Source: Bacteroidota bacterium
GTDB taxonomy: Bacteria; Bacteroidota; Ignavibacteria; Kryptoniales; JAKASW01
Assembly (NCBI GenBank): GCA_021794075.1
Contig: JAJYRM010000002.1
Span: forward strand, 18,955 to 82,954
DNA: 64,000 nucleotides
Direction: 5' to 3'
How positions within the stretch are numbered: the first letter of the stretch is position 1; every line of letters begins with the position of its first letter. Shown here piece after piece: positions 1 through 9,664 of this stretch. The position numbers and the translations under genes are program-made. The notes beneath the pieces were generated by a model, which did no database searches, was not told the origin of the DNA, and worked only from the letters and a program-made list of their open reading frames with translations.

Positions 1-460
1 CGGGAATCCGAATCCAATTCTCTTCATTGTTGTCAGAGCCTCCGTTCGAGATGAACATTTGCCTAATTCTTGCAAAAGGCAATCAGATGACTGCCAATCC
101 CTTACCATTGCTGGTAAGGGATGGAACGGGCTCTCCGTAAGATGTGAAATTCAATTAGTGGTTGAGATAACTCACATGCCAGAAGGAATATACCGTAGGA
201 ATGCGATTGAATGCAACATATTCCTCCAGTGAGCATCAAATAGTAACTTGGTCGATTTTGTGTTAGGCGGTTGGTTTTTGATGGAATCGATGCAATTTGA
301 AGCGAATTCCATTCCTTCCGTCCCCATTCAGCAGTCTCCATGCGCCTAAACTGTCGTTTCTGTGGCAATTTCGCTGCTTTGAAGATTGGGCGTTCAAGAG
401 TTATATTGACAAGCCTGTGAGACCCACGGCTTTTGGAGACAGACCCGCACGTACCATAGC

Positions 461-542
461 GGGTAGATGGCGAAATTGGCAGACGCGCTAGCCTTAGGAG
501 CTAGTGGGGAAACCCGTGGGGGTTCGAGTCCCCCTCTACCCA
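461..542 (+). tRNA. tRNA-Leu (anticodon TAG), type II with long variable arm
   Basis: Hand-folded cloverleaf. Acceptor GGGTAGA/TCTACCC; D stem GCG/CGC; anticodon stem CTAGC/GCTAG with loop CTTAGGA; variable stem GGG/CCC; T arm GGGGG-TTCGAGT-CCCCC; discriminator A. CCA is not encoded. Confidence 0.9.
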
Positions 543-647
543 CATTTGTTGGTGCGTAACGCGGTTGACGCTTCTTTTGAGCAGAATCTGACCCCACGTC
601 CGCTGGAAAACGCATTTGTCGCCGGAGTGTGGATTACGAATGACTCG

Positions 648-671
648 GGCGGCTCATCCGCCAAGGTTTTT
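648..671 (+). terminator. Weak candidate intrinsic terminator after tRNA-Leu
   Basis: GGCGG-CTCAT-CCGCC hairpin followed by AAGG and TTTTT. The stem is short. Confidence 0.3.
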
Positions 672-745
672 GGCCGCACGGCACAAGGAGTTCTTTAGGC
701 ACGAAAATATGAAAACCGAAGAACCTATTCGGGAAAGGAAAGAAA

Positions 746-2032
746 GTGGATTATAAGATCATAGACCTTGGTGGACTGAAAAAACAGCTCGAGGTCACTG
801 CAACGGTTGAAGATAACTTTGTCAAAGATAAATTCGATTCGGCCTATATGGACTTTCAAAAGAAGGCAGCCGTTCCCGGGTTCAGGAAGGGGAAAACCCC
901 GATAGAGATCGTGAAGAAGAGGTATGGCGAGGAGATCGAGGCGGATTCCATCCCCGACATCGTGAACGAGATTGTCAAAGACATTTTTGAAAAAGAGAAT
1001 ACTAAAATCGCCGGAGTCGTGGACTACAATCTCGATATCCGGAAGACCGGTGAGCCCCTGCATTTCCTTCTCACATACGAAGTGGTCCCGGAAATCGAAC
1101 CGAAAGACTATCTCGACATGAAGCTCGAGCGGGCGATGTACAGAATACTTCCCGAGACTGTCGATCACGAGCTATTTCATATACGCGAGTCAAACGCGGA
1201 GCTGGCCGAGACTGAAACGCTCGAGGATGAAAAGGGAGTAGCGACGGTAGACCTCCAGGTCATAGACGCGCAAGGGGTGCCAATGATAGGCCAGCGGCGT
1301 GAGAATTATAAGATAGACTTGAGAAGCAAGGCACCCGAGCTAAGTGAGATACGTGAACGTCTGCTGAAAGCGAAGGCAGGCGACGAGTTCAATCTGGAAC
1401 TCGAGACGTTCGATAAAGCGGGGCAGGCGTCTGGCAAAAAGCCATTTAAGGTACAGGTAAAGAAGCTGGAAAAATTTGTGATGCCTGAGTTGACTGACGA
1501 ATTTGCTAAGAAAGTCTCAGGCGGAAAAATGGAGACGCTGGATGCCCTGAAGAAGGACATCGAAAGGGAACTCGAGCATTATTATGAAGAGAAGGCTGAA
1601 GAAGAGCTTCGTGACAAGATCGCCGAAGAGCTTCTGAAGAAGAATGAATTCGAAGTCCCGGAGAGCATGGTAGACGAATACCTGAACGATCTGATCGAAG
1701 AATTGAAAAAGGAATCGAACAACAAGGATGTCGATGCGGACTTCGTTAAGGAGCGGTACAGGGAACCCTCCGTCAGAGCGGTGAAATGGAATCTTCTCGC
1801 CGCCGCGATAATTCAAAAAGAAAATCTGAAGGTTGACGATGCCGTGCTCGAACGGACGGCGGACGACGAAGCTTCGAAGTACAGACTCGATAAGTCGAAG
1901 TTGATCGATTTCTATAAGAGTTCAAGCGACGTGAAGAATAAATTGCTTTTCAATGAAATGTTCAATTTCATAGTCGACAAAGCTGACGTGAAAATAGTTG
2001 AAAAAACACCGACTCACGAACACGAGGATTGA
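746..2032 (+). CDS. tig: Trigger factor (ribosome-associated PPIase chaperone)
   Basis: 428 aa. The N-terminal PGFRKGK ribosome-binding signature and the length and architecture are typical. It sits directly upstream of clpP-clpX, the classic tig-clpP-clpX order. Confidence 0.93.
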   Translation: MDYKIIDLGGLKKQLEVTATVEDNFVKDKFDSAYMDFQKKAAVPGFRKGKTPIEIVKKRYGEEIEADSIPDIVNEIVKDIFEKENTKIAGVVDYNLDIRKTGEPLHFLLTYEVVPEIEPKDYLDMKLERAMYRILPETVDHELFHIRESNAELAETETLEDEKGVATVDLQVIDAQGVPMIGQRRENYKIDLRSKAPELSEIRERLLKAKAGDEFNLELETFDKAGQASGKKPFKVQVKKLEKFVMPELTDEFAKKVSGGKMETLDALKKDIERELEHYYEEKAEEELRDKIAEELLKKNEFEVPESMVDEYLNDLIEELKKESNNKDVDADFVKERYREPSVRAVKWNLLAAAIIQKENLKVDDAVLERTADDEASKYRLDKSKLIDFYKSSSDVKNKLLFNEMFNFIVDKADVKIVEKTPTHEHED

Positions 2033-2035
2033 AAA

Positions 2036-2707
2036 ATGCTAGCTGACAACCTGAATAACACGCTTCCCGAAGGCGGACAAAAAGAGAATCCGCTGTTTGA
2101 AATCTATAATCAGTTGACTATACCGTATGTTATAGAGCAAACCGGCAGGGGAGAACGAGCCTATGATATTTACTCGAGGTTGCTGAGAGAAAGGATTATC
2201 TTCATCGGGACCGCGATAGACGATACGGTCGCGAGTCTGGTGATTGCTCAGCTTTTGTTCCTCGAAAGCGAAGATCCCAATAAGGATATCAATATTTACA
2301 TCAACAGCCCTGGCGGGAGTGTCTCTGCCGGCCTTGCGGTTTACGACACGATGCAATATGTGAGGCCGGATATTGCCACTACATGCGTGGGACTTGCGGC
2401 AAGCATGGGCGCGGTTCTTCTGGCAGGCGGAGCTTCAGGCAAGAGGACTTCGCTTCCAAACGCGAGAATCATGATCCACCAGCCGTGGGGCGGTTTCCAA
2501 GGGACTGCCGCCGATATCAGCATCCAGGCGGAAGAGGTAATTAAGACCAAGAAACGGTTGAACGAGATTCTGTCGCATCATTCCGGCAAGGATCTCTCTC
2601 AAATTGAAAAAGACACGGACAGGGACTATTTTATGTCAGCCGAAGAGGCGGTGAAATACGGTCTCATTGATAACGTTCTCATAAAAAGAGAAGCTAAAAA
2701 GAAGTGA
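2036..2707 (+). CDS. clpP: ATP-dependent Clp protease proteolytic subunit
   Basis: 223 aa with [16 protein letters not shown], the [11 protein letters not shown] catalytic Ser region, and IMIHQP. Confidence 0.97.
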   Translation: MLADNLNNTLPEGGQKENPLFEIYNQLTIPYVIEQTGRGERAYDIYSRLLRERIIFIGTAIDDTVASLVIAQLLFLESEDPNKDINIYINSPGGSVSAGLAVYDTMQYVRPDIATTCVGLAASMGAVLLAGGASGKRTSLPNARIMIHQPWGGFQGTAADISIQAEEVIKTKKRLNEILSHHSGKDLSQIEKDTDRDYFMSAEEAVKYGLIDNVLIKREAKKK

Positions 2708-2860
2708 ACCTAATTTGGAGTCAATACGAATTATATGAGCAGTTTGCTATTGCTTGTTCTGCTCGTCTTTATTGTCCTGTTCGCGATATCGGTTCCTACA
2801 GTGATCGCGGACCTGAAAAACCAACGACAAAAGAATATCAAGAAGGAATATTAATAGTTA

Positions 2861-4126
2861 ATGAGTAAACAGCATCAAGAGGAGATGCGATGCTCCTTTT
2901 GCGGACGCGAAGCCAAGGAAGTCAAGAGTCTTGTAGCCGGACCGGGTGATGTCTACATCTGCGACATTTGCGTCGAACATTCGGTTGAAATACTAAGAAG
3001 CAACATTCCGGCTTACAAGCAGCATTCGGAGGACTATTCCGAGAAAGCCCCTCTGACGCCGGTGGAGATCAAGACCGCGCTGGACGAATATGTGATCGGA
3101 CAGGAGCACGCTAAGAAGATCCTTTCGGTAGCTGTTTACAACCACTACAAACGAATTTCTCTTCCGCACGGCCTCGACGCGGAAGATGACACCGAGGTCG
3201 AAAAAAGCAACATCCTCCTGATCGGTCCGACAGGCACGGGGAAAACGCTCCTCGCGCAGACTCTCGCCAAAATACTTAACGTCCCGTTCGCAATCGCCGA
3301 TGCCACTACTCTGACAGAGGCTGGCTATGTCGGCGACGATGTGGAAACCATACTTGTTCACCTTCTCCAGAACACCGACTACGACGTCGCGCGGGCTGAG
3401 AGAGGGATCGTCTATGTCGATGAGATCGACAAGATCGCGAGGAAGAGTGACACGCCATCCATTACGAGAGATGTGTCGGGCGAAGGAGTACAGCAGGCCC
3501 TTCTTAAAATACTCGAGGGGACAACAGCCGGGGTGCCTCCCCGCGGAGGGAGAAAGCATCCTGAGCAGCCTCTAATAAACGTGAACACGAGAAACATACT
3601 TTTTATCTGCGGCGGAGCTTTCGAGGGGATTGAGAAGATCATATCGAGGCGTGTAAGCAAGAATCCGATTGGATTCGGTGCGGAGATCCACTCAGTCAAA
3701 GACGACACGGTCAGCGAGATTCTTCCGCTTGTCCAGCCTGATGACCTGCTGAAGTTCGGTCTCATCCCAGAATTCATAGGAAGGCTCCCTGTCGTAACGA
3801 CGCTTCATACCTTAAGCGAAGAAGCGATGAAGGACATCCTGACGCTTCCTAAGAATGCTCTGGTGAAACAGTATAAGAAGCTCTTCAAACTTGAGGATGT
3901 GGATCTGGATTTTGAGGACGACGCGCTGAAGGCCATCGTCAGGAAGGCTGTCGAGCGCGGAACCGGTGCCCGCGGCCTGAGGTCCATCCTTGAGGAAAAG
4001 ATGCTTGATATTATGTACAACCTACCGTCGCGTTCCGACGTAGCGAAGTGCGTGATAACGGAGGATGTTATCGCTTCCGGCAGCGAACCTCTCTTCCTCA
4101 CCAAGAGGAAACAGGCTACCGCCTGA
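2861..4126 (+). CDS. clpX: ATP-dependent Clp protease ATP-binding subunit ClpX
   Basis: 421 aa. N-terminal zinc ribbon CSFCG...CDIC, Walker A GPTGTGKT, Walker B VYVDEIDK, and GARGLR near the C terminus. Confidence 0.97.
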   Translation: MSKQHQEEMRCSFCGREAKEVKSLVAGPGDVYICDICVEHSVEILRSNIPAYKQHSEDYSEKAPLTPVEIKTALDEYVIGQEHAKKILSVAVYNHYKRISLPHGLDAEDDTEVEKSNILLIGPTGTGKTLLAQTLAKILNVPFAIADATTLTEAGYVGDDVETILVHLLQNTDYDVARAERGIVYVDEIDKIARKSDTPSITRDVSGEGVQQALLKILEGTTAGVPPRGGRKHPEQPLINVNTRNILFICGGAFEGIEKIISRRVSKNPIGFGAEIHSVKDDTVSEILPLVQPDDLLKFGLIPEFIGRLPVVTTLHTLSEEAMKDILTLPKNALVKQYKKLFKLEDVDLDFEDDALKAIVRKAVERGTGARGLRSILEEKMLDIMYNLPSRSDVAKCVITEDVIASGSEPLFLTKRKQATA

Positions 4127-4127
4127 C

Positions 4128-4820
4128 CTAATTCCCCACCAATCCCGCGAAAACTCTCATCTGTAGCTGTGGCTGTCTGTCGCTAGTCGTATGTACCACT
4201 ATGTATCCGTCTATATCCCTTAAGTTCGTTGGGTGAAGGTAAATCTCAAGGTTCGCGAAATCTCCCGGCTTCAGAAGTACCTTGTTCAGCCGGTATGTCA
4301 GCTCCTTTGACGGAAGATCTACCTTTGTGATGCGCATTTCCTTGTCCGTCGTGTTCGATAGGTCGATCTCCGTACTGTCAACTTTGCCAACTCTGGCGTT
4401 ATTGAAAAGGACATAGCTCGGAGTAGGCTGCAGCGCGTAGGCGACGTACCCAGTCATCTTTACCGTGATCAGGGGGAATTTTTTGTCAGAGTTTGAAATG
4501 TATATGTACTTTGTCACGTCTCCGATATAGCCGGTTGGATTGAACTGAATTCTAACGTCCGTCTTCTCGCCCGGCGCAAGGGCGCTTGTAGCGACGATAG
4601 CCGCGGTACAGCCGCAGCTCGTTGTCACGCTACTTATTTTGATGCTATCCGAGCCGACATTTTTCACCGTTATTACTTTGTACACCATTGCGCCGGTTTG
4701 AAAAATCTTCCCGAAGCTGATCTCGTTTCCTTGGATCACCGATAATTGGGCTTTTGATTTAGTCGCTCCGCCCAAAACGATAGCGGCAGCCGCGAAATAA
4801 AAGAAGATTTGTCGTCTCAT
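4128..4820 (-). CDS. Secreted DUF1573-domain protein
   Basis: 230 aa with a signal peptide (MRRQIFFYFAAAAIVLGGATKSKAQ). The FGKI...VKNVG...SCGCT pattern is typical of DUF1573. Its stop lies 1 bp from the convergent clpX stop. Confidence 0.75.
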   Translation of the reverse strand: MRRQIFFYFAAAAIVLGGATKSKAQLSVIQGNEISFGKIFQTGAMVYKVITVKNVGSDSIKISSVTTSCGCTAAIVATSALAPGEKTDVRIQFNPTGYIGDVTKYIYISNSDKKFPLITVKMTGYVAYALQPTPSYVLFNNARVGKVDSTEIDLSNTTDKEMRITKVDLPSKELTYRLNKVLLKPGDFANLEIYLHPTNLRDIDGYIVVHTTSDRQPQLQMRVFAGLVGN

Positions 4821-5299
4821 TTTCTCTTTCCTCTGAATAGCTCCAGTAATTCCTTATCAAGTTTTCCTGTCGATACCGGCTTTTCGTCGTCGACTTGAGT
4901 TCTCTTGGCAGGCTTGTCTTTTCCGCGAACCATTGATAGGAATTCACGGCTTCTAACGGTTGCAGCGCCGCACTCTTTCGCGTACGCCAGGATTGAAAGA
5001 TCGTTGCTTACTACAGTCATGGAGCGTCTCCGCGTTGACTTTCCGACCTCTTTCTTAATCCAATCATCTGCGGTCTCACTTGCAGAAGTGAAGCGGACGA
5101 CGAGTCTTGGACCCTCATGGGAAGAAGAAGGAGCGAAACGTCCGTCAAAAACCAGAGTAACATCGTCCTTTGATAAACGCCACGAACTAGAGATCGCTGA
5201 AACTAACTCCCGGCGCGCCGCATCGCCATCGATTTTCATCAATTGTGACATTCTCTGATCGCATAGCAAGACATTATAAGCATCCACAATCCAACGCAT
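4817..5299 (-). CDS. NYN-domain (YacP/Rae1-like) predicted RNase
   Basis: 160 aa. The N-terminal IVDAYNV and the ...LVFDG pattern resemble YacP-like NYN nucleases. It overlaps the downstream gene by 4 bp. Confidence 0.65.
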   Translation of the reverse strand: MRWIVDAYNVLLCDQRMSQLMKIDGDAARRELVSAISSSWRLSKDDVTLVFDGRFAPSSSHEGPRLVVRFTSASETADDWIKKEVGKSTRRRSMTVVSNDLSILAYAKECGAATVRSREFLSMVRGKDKPAKRTQVDDEKPVSTGKLDKELLELFRGKRK

Positions 5300-5519
5300 G
5301 TAAAAATATAAGGGGCCCCCAAGGATACTTCAACTAAAACAAGCCATTTGCAGGCTCTTGGCGAGTGATTCGCTTTTTGCGAACGGCCTTTGCGGATTGC
5401 GACAATTATGCTGGCTCAATGCGTGGATTCGCGCTGATTTCGCGGAAAAGTTTTGGCACGGTTTTGGATACGTATATATCAGTTACACAATAGAGTTTGG
5501 TCCTTTAAAAAGTTTGAAG

Positions 5520-5766
5520 ATCTAGGGCGGTTGGAAGCGAGCCACAAAAGAGTTTGAGAGTTTTTAGAGTTGCATACCCGCAAACAGCCCCCTGACATGG
5601 GAAGAAGATCTTGCCGCTTAGTTATCCCACGCTGCCACAAATCGCGAAGCACGACTCGCATGCCCTAATGCAGCCTCCTAATTTAGCGGTCAAACCCCAA
5701 GTAAAGATTCTTCTTCCCGCTGCGGAAAACAGGCACTCCTGCCCGGGAGTGCCTCGTTTTTTATTC
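5520..5766 (+). ncRNA. Candidate structured small RNA of unknown class (5' end uncertain)
   Basis: ORF-poor 540-bp gap. A long-range 14-bp helix pairs 5599-5612 with 5704-5718, there are nested helices, and a strong intrinsic terminator forms the 3' end. See findings. Confidence 0.35.
5731..5766 (+). terminator. Rho-independent terminator
   Basis: AGGCACTCC-TGCCCG-GGAGTGCCT (perfect 9-bp stem) followed by CGTTTTTTATT. Confidence 0.8.
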
Positions 5767-5837
5767 AGAGGTAGCATGGCGGAATGGCGAAGCGGAGATG
5801 TAGTCATGTTACTATATAAATCTAAGGAATTAGGTTT

Positions 5838-6161
5838 TTGTTTACGGCGGTACAAAATAATAAAAAATTGCTTAAGACAAGAGAACAGCTCGACTTATTG
5901 TTTGGGAGCCTAATCGGCGCGACAGTAATAGCCATAATTGCTACTTCCGCGAGTCACTTGATTCATGCCGGTGATATCGGTTTCGAGAGAGTGCTTATCG
6001 GTGGTGTTTCGGGAGGAGTAGGAGGCGTGGTTGGCCTGTTCATCATTAGCGAGATTGTAGATCGCAAGTGGCTTACGGCCGTTCTAGTTTCGGCCGCAGT
6101 CGGTATTTTGGATGGGCTTCTGGTAGGTGTTGCCGTCGCACTATTCCCGTCCATGTTTTGA
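5838..6161 (+). CDS. Hypothetical small membrane protein (Gly-rich TM segments); start uncertain
   Basis: The 107-aa ORF has only TTG start candidates (5838, 5868, 5901). GGVSGGVGGVVGLFII and AVLVSAAVGILDGLLVGVAVALF look like glycine-zipper TM helices. I recognise no homology. Confidence 0.3.
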   Translation: MFTAVQNNKKLLKTREQLDLLFGSLIGATVIAIIATSASHLIHAGDIGFERVLIGGVSGGVGGVVGLFIISEIVDRKWLTAVLVSAAVGILDGLLVGVAVALFPSMF

Positions 6162-6224
6162 AGTAGTACAATATGTGATGCTTAAGAACCTTTTTTAATT
6201 TTTTCCACTCTTCTCAGATTCTTC

Positions 6225-6253
6225 TTGACAAAAACTCCAACCCTTTTTAACTT
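6225..6253 (+). promoter_or_regulatory. Candidate sigma-70-type promoter upstream of the M23 peptidase gene
   Basis: TTGACA (6225-6230), a 17-nt spacer, then TAACTT (6248-6253). Confidence 0.25.
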
Positions 6254-6335
6254 CCTCAGGTCATTTGCGTGGATAACCACGTCAAGAAAGGCCCTTTTTG
6301 CCTTGCAGTAGATAGTGGATGCGAGGTAATACTAT

Positions 6336-7295
6336 TTGAGGAATACAAAAAAACCGATGCAGAGACTATACTATTACTCAAGAACCGACCTAAGCTACAA
6401 GGCCATCGGGGGAGGTAAGATATCAGCTTTGATTGCTTCCTTGGTGGTTGTCTCATCGTTTCTAACGATGTTGTCGGGATACCTGGGATTGGATTTATTA
6501 GGACTTAGGAATTTGAGAGCTGATAGCATGGCCAGAGAGAATTCGGTTTTGAGAGCACAACTGGCCTCGCTGAACCGTCGTCTGGAGTCTTTTAATGTGA
6601 CGATGAAGGGCTTGGCTGAAAGTGATGGACAATTAAGAACGGCAGTCAATCTGCCTGTACTTTCCGCCGATGCGCGTAAAGCTTCTATCGGCGGTGTCGC
6701 TGAAAATACAGATTTCGGAATATCGGCTGAGTCAAATAAGGTGTTGTCCAAGGCCTCAAAGGCGTTGGACGCACTGGGCAGGGAAGCAACTCTGCAGGTG
6801 CAAAGTTACGCCGATATTCTCCATAAGTATAAGGATAACCAGCAGCTGTTTGCGCATATCCCCGCGATCGACCCGATAAAAGGTGGAGTGATCTCCGATG
6901 GTTTCGGTGTCAGGTATCACCCGATACTTCATATGAAGCTTATGCATGAAGGGATCGACCTCATAGCCGATGTCGGAACTCCTGTCCATGCGACTGGTAA
7001 CGGTGTTGTAAGTTATGTCGGCCAGCGTGGCGGGTACGGAAACGTGGTAGAGATTGATAACGGATTCGGTTACTCGACCTTGTTCGGGCATCTCGAAAAG
7101 GCGCTTGTCAAAGAAGGACAGAACGTGAAGCGCGGTCAGGTCATTGCTCTGAGCGGAAACTCGGGACTGTCGACTGGTCCGCATCTCCATTATGAAGTGA
7201 TAAAGAACGGTGTCCGCGTGAACCCTTCGGCTTATTTCTTCAATGGGCGTGAGTACAACGGTGCTGGATTCTACAGCGAACTTGCAGAGAAATGA
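6336..7295 (+). CDS. M23 family metallopeptidase (LytM/NlpD-like)
   Basis: 319 aa. An N-terminal TM and coiled-coil region is followed by HEGIDL..., GYGNVVEIDNG...FGHL and GNSGLSTGPHLHYEV (HxxxD and HxH zinc motifs). An alternative ATG start lies at 6357. Confidence 0.9.
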   Translation: MRNTKKPMQRLYYYSRTDLSYKAIGGGKISALIASLVVVSSFLTMLSGYLGLDLLGLRNLRADSMARENSVLRAQLASLNRRLESFNVTMKGLAESDGQLRTAVNLPVLSADARKASIGGVAENTDFGISAESNKVLSKASKALDALGREATLQVQSYADILHKYKDNQQLFAHIPAIDPIKGGVISDGFGVRYHPILHMKLMHEGIDLIADVGTPVHATGNGVVSYVGQRGGYGNVVEIDNGFGYSTLFGHLEKALVKEGQNVKRGQVIALSGNSGLSTGPHLHYEVIKNGVRVNPSAYFFNGREYNGAGFYSELAEK

Positions 7296-7336
7296 AATCG
7301 TTGTTTTAAAGTTGAAGATGCAAGGCGCTATGCGCC

Positions 7337-7585
7337 GTGGAAAGAAAGGAGGTATATGATATGATATGGACGCCAGAGCTCGCTACGTACCTCGAAGACG
7401 CTCCTTGGCCTGCAACGAAGGATGAGCTTATCGACTATGCGGTAAGAACCGGAGCGCCAATAGAGGTTGTTGAGAATCTTCGTGAGCTCGAAGACACGGA
7501 TGAACCTTATGAGAGTATAGAGGAAATTTGGCCGGACTATCCGAGTGACGAAGATTTCTTTTACGAAGACGAGGGCGAGTATTAA
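7337..7585 (+). CDS. DUF2795-domain protein
   Basis: YLEDAPWPATKDELIDYAVRTGAPIEVVENL matches the DUF2795 pattern. AGGAGG precedes ATGs at 7358 and 7363, so the true start is probably there. Confidence 0.7.
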   Translation: MERKEVYDMIWTPELATYLEDAPWPATKDELIDYAVRTGAPIEVVENLRELEDTDEPYESIEEIWPDYPSDEDFFYEDEGEY

Positions 7586-7606
7586 TTAAGCTTATTTTTT
7601 CGTCTC

Positions 7607-7643
7607 AACCCGGTTGAATTCTCGAATCCAGCCGGGTTTTTTT
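7607..7643 (+). terminator. Rho-independent terminator
   Basis: AACCCGGTTG...CCAGCCGGGTT stem (about 10 bp including one G-U pair) followed by a T7 run. Confidence 0.75.
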
Positions 7644-7663
7644 GTATCTTTATTTAATACCAG

Positions 7664-9664
7664 ATGAAGCTACTCCGTTTTTTGCTCCTCGGTCTTCTCG
7701 TCGTCTCGACGGCGTATGCGCAAGATAACTTCATAGTTAATTCCATAAGATTCGAGGGAAACAAGTCTTTCTCGAGTGATAACCTGCGAAAGATCATGCT
7801 TACCAGACAGTCGCCCGCGGCGATCTGGAGATTCTTGTATCGATTTGGACATCTCGTAGGGGACTCCGCGCAGTACTACGACCCTTTCATCCTGAAAGCC
7901 GACCTTCAGCGCATCAGGTATTTCTATCGCGACAACGGTTTCGTCTTCGTTAATGTCGATAGCACGTTAGACTTCAATCCGAAGAAACAAAGCGTCAACA
8001 TAACTATCAATATCAAGGAAGGTCCACCCGCTTACATTACGTCAATTAGATACCATGGCATATCCGACACGACTGAGCAGTTTGTAGCGCTCCTTCATAA
8101 GAAACCTTACATAGAAGTCGGGGAAAGGTATTCGGCGAAGGGAGTCGACGACGAAGTACAGCGCGTGCTGATGCTCCTCCAAGACAACGGCTACGCCTAT
8201 GCAAAAAAGGACAGTTCGGTTGTGACTTTCAGCGCTCCAGCCGATACTGTGCCGACCCGAATAGACCTTTATTTCTACTCCGGCAAACAATACAAATGGG
8301 GACACGTCGCGGTTGTTCCGATGGACAGCGGAAAGGTAAAATTTGACAAGAAGATTGTTCTAAGGGAGATGTTGTTTGAGCCGGGGCAATTATACAGCGC
8401 TTCCAGGAAAGCCGAGAGCGAACAGAGGCTCTATTCGCTCAACATGTTTGAGTATGCCAGGATAAACACCCCCGCGAGTCCGCCTCAGACAGACTCGATA
8501 TCGGGGCACATCAACCTCAGACCGAGACCGACGCATGAAATTACGCCTGAACTCCTCGTCGATGACGAAAATAACGCTTTCAACTTCGGCGGTGGTCTCG
8601 GTTACTTGCATCGGAACTTTCTAGGCGATGCCCGCCTTCTCAGCATCAACACAAGTCTCCTACTGCAGTCCTTCCAGCTTGTGACATTCAGCCCGAAGGC
8701 TCTTAGTGATACAGTGACGGTCGGGAGGATCAACGCGACTGCCCAGCTAACGCAGCCGTATTTCCTTTCAAACGCGACAAGCCTTTCCTGGGGTATCTCG
8801 TTTCTCGTGGATAAGGAGAAGCCTTATCTCCAACTCGTCCTGAGAAACAGGGTTCGGGTCAGCGACAGAGTCGCTCAGTTTACAACTGCCTATCTCGATT
8901 GGGATATTGAGCGGGCGAAGGTTGATTCTCTACAGGCGATAAATATACCCGCCGGACTCGAGACGCCGCAGTTCAACTCGATACTTTCATTCACGATACA
9001 GCGGGATAAGACAAACGACCCTTTCTCTCCCACAAAGGGTTTTTTCAACATGCTCACCCTCGAAGAGGGTGGCGTGCTGCCGAATCTCATACATTCAATA
9101 TTCAGAAACTCTGATTTCCCTTACGCGCAGTATTGGAAAGTCGTTACCATGGGAAAGTGGTTCTTCTCGTTGGAAAGTGGTGGGACCAATGTCTTTGCGA
9201 TGAAAGCAAAGGTCGGCTATGCGCAGGAGTACGGTACATTTCAACAGGATTCGACCGGCCCGATACCGCTTAACTATAGGTTCTTTGCGGGAGGTTCGGG
9301 AAGCATCAGGGGTTGGCGTACACGAGAGCTTGGAGAAGGGCTGATCCCACAATTTGGCGGCAACATGCTTGTCGAGTCAAACTTTGAAGACAGGTTCCAC
9401 CTCATTGGAGATTTCGGAGGCGTTTACTTCGTCGATGCTGGAAATCTATGGAACTCATACAAACAGATCACTCTTCCGACCATCGCTGTAGCGACCGGAT
9501 TCGGTTTGCGATATGGCACGTTCTTCGGCCCGCTCAGGGTTGATTTCGGTTTCAGGCTTTACGATCCGGGAGCTCCACCGGGCCATCGCTTCATGTGGCA
9601 AAAGTCGGGATCCGAACTCTTGCGCGAGATGGTGGTACACTTCGGAATATTGCAGGCATTCTGA
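7664..9664 (+). CDS. Omp85/BamA-family outer membrane protein (POTRA repeats plus surface-antigen beta-barrel)
   Basis: 666 aa with a signal peptide. The N-terminal half is POTRA-like. The C-terminal barrel carries FFAGGSGSIRGW and ends with an aromatic residue (QAF). Confidence 0.85.
   Translation: MKLLRFLLLGLLVVSTAYAQDNFIVNSIRFEGNKSFSSDNLRKIMLTRQSPAAIWRFLYRFGHLVGDSAQYYDPFILKADLQRIRYFYRDNGFVFVNVDSTLDFNPKKQSVNITINIKEGPPAYITSIRYHGISDTTEQFVALLHKKPYIEVGERYSAKGVDDEVQRVLMLLQDNGYAYAKKDSSVVTFSAPADTVPTRIDLYFYSGKQYKWGHVAVVPMDSGKVKFDKKIVLREMLFEPGQLYSASRKAESEQRLYSLNMFEYARINTPASPPQTDSISGHINLRPRPTHEITPELLVDDENNAFNFGGGLGYLHRNFLGDARLLSINTSLLLQSFQLVTFSPKALSDTVTVGRINATAQLTQPYFLSNATSLSWGISFLVDKEKPYLQLVLRNRVRVSDRVAQFTTAYLDWDIERAKVDSLQAINIPAGLETPQFNSILSFTIQRDKTNDPFSPTKGFFNMLTLEEGGVLPNLIHSIFRNSDFPYAQYWKVVTMGKWFFSLESGGTNVFAMKAKVGYAQEYGTFQQDSTGPIPLNYRFFAGGSGSIRGWRTRELGEGLIPQFGGNMLVESNFEDRFHLIGDFGGVYFVDAGNLWNSYKQITLPTIAVATGFGLRYGTFFGPLRVDFGFRLYDPGAPPGHRFMWQKSGSELLREMVVHFGILQAF

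Noticed and set aside
102-698. Track ORFs around the tRNA (102..368 -, 297..491 +, 394..615 -, 504..698 +)
   Set aside because: They overlap the tRNA-Leu gene or each other, have no recognisable motifs or RBS, and their composition looks random. I treat 1-460 as non-coding of unknown role. It contains one 8-bp hairpin (CCCTTACC/GGTAAGGG, 99-120) that has no adjoining T run.
725-1168. 147-aa minus-strand ORF antisense to tig; the same class applies to many long antisense ORFs
   Set aside because: Each lies fully inside a gene with strong motif support on the other strand and encodes low-complexity or Arg/Ser/Pro-rich sequence, typical of shadow ORFs. Other examples are 2993..3559, 19297..20073, 33010..33678, 33920..34516, 35177..35953, 36208..37038, 39471..40115, 41661..42302, 43961..44578, 45858..46514, 46621..47313, 48989..49561 and 50206..50757.
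2735-2854. 39-codon ORF (MSSLLLLVLLVFIVLFAISVPTVIADLKNQRQKNIKKEY) in the clpP-clpX spacer
   Set aside because: It has a plausible single TM helix. The only GGAG lies 14 nt upstream of the ATG, and nothing but hydrophobicity supports it. I would not call it without conservation or ribosome-profiling evidence.
5413-5830. Canonical one-piece or permuted tmRNA (ssrA) gene
   Set aside because: A tag-like frame (ANSPLTWEEDLAA-stop) and two short islands resemble E. coli ssrA. However, I could not find a GGGG acceptor start with G3-U pairing, a TTCGAnn T-loop with a 5-bp stem, or an acceptor 3' strand with CCA. I looked both downstream of and upstream of the tag region. An intrinsic terminator also cuts the RNA at 5766. 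It is kept only as an unclassified RNA candidate.
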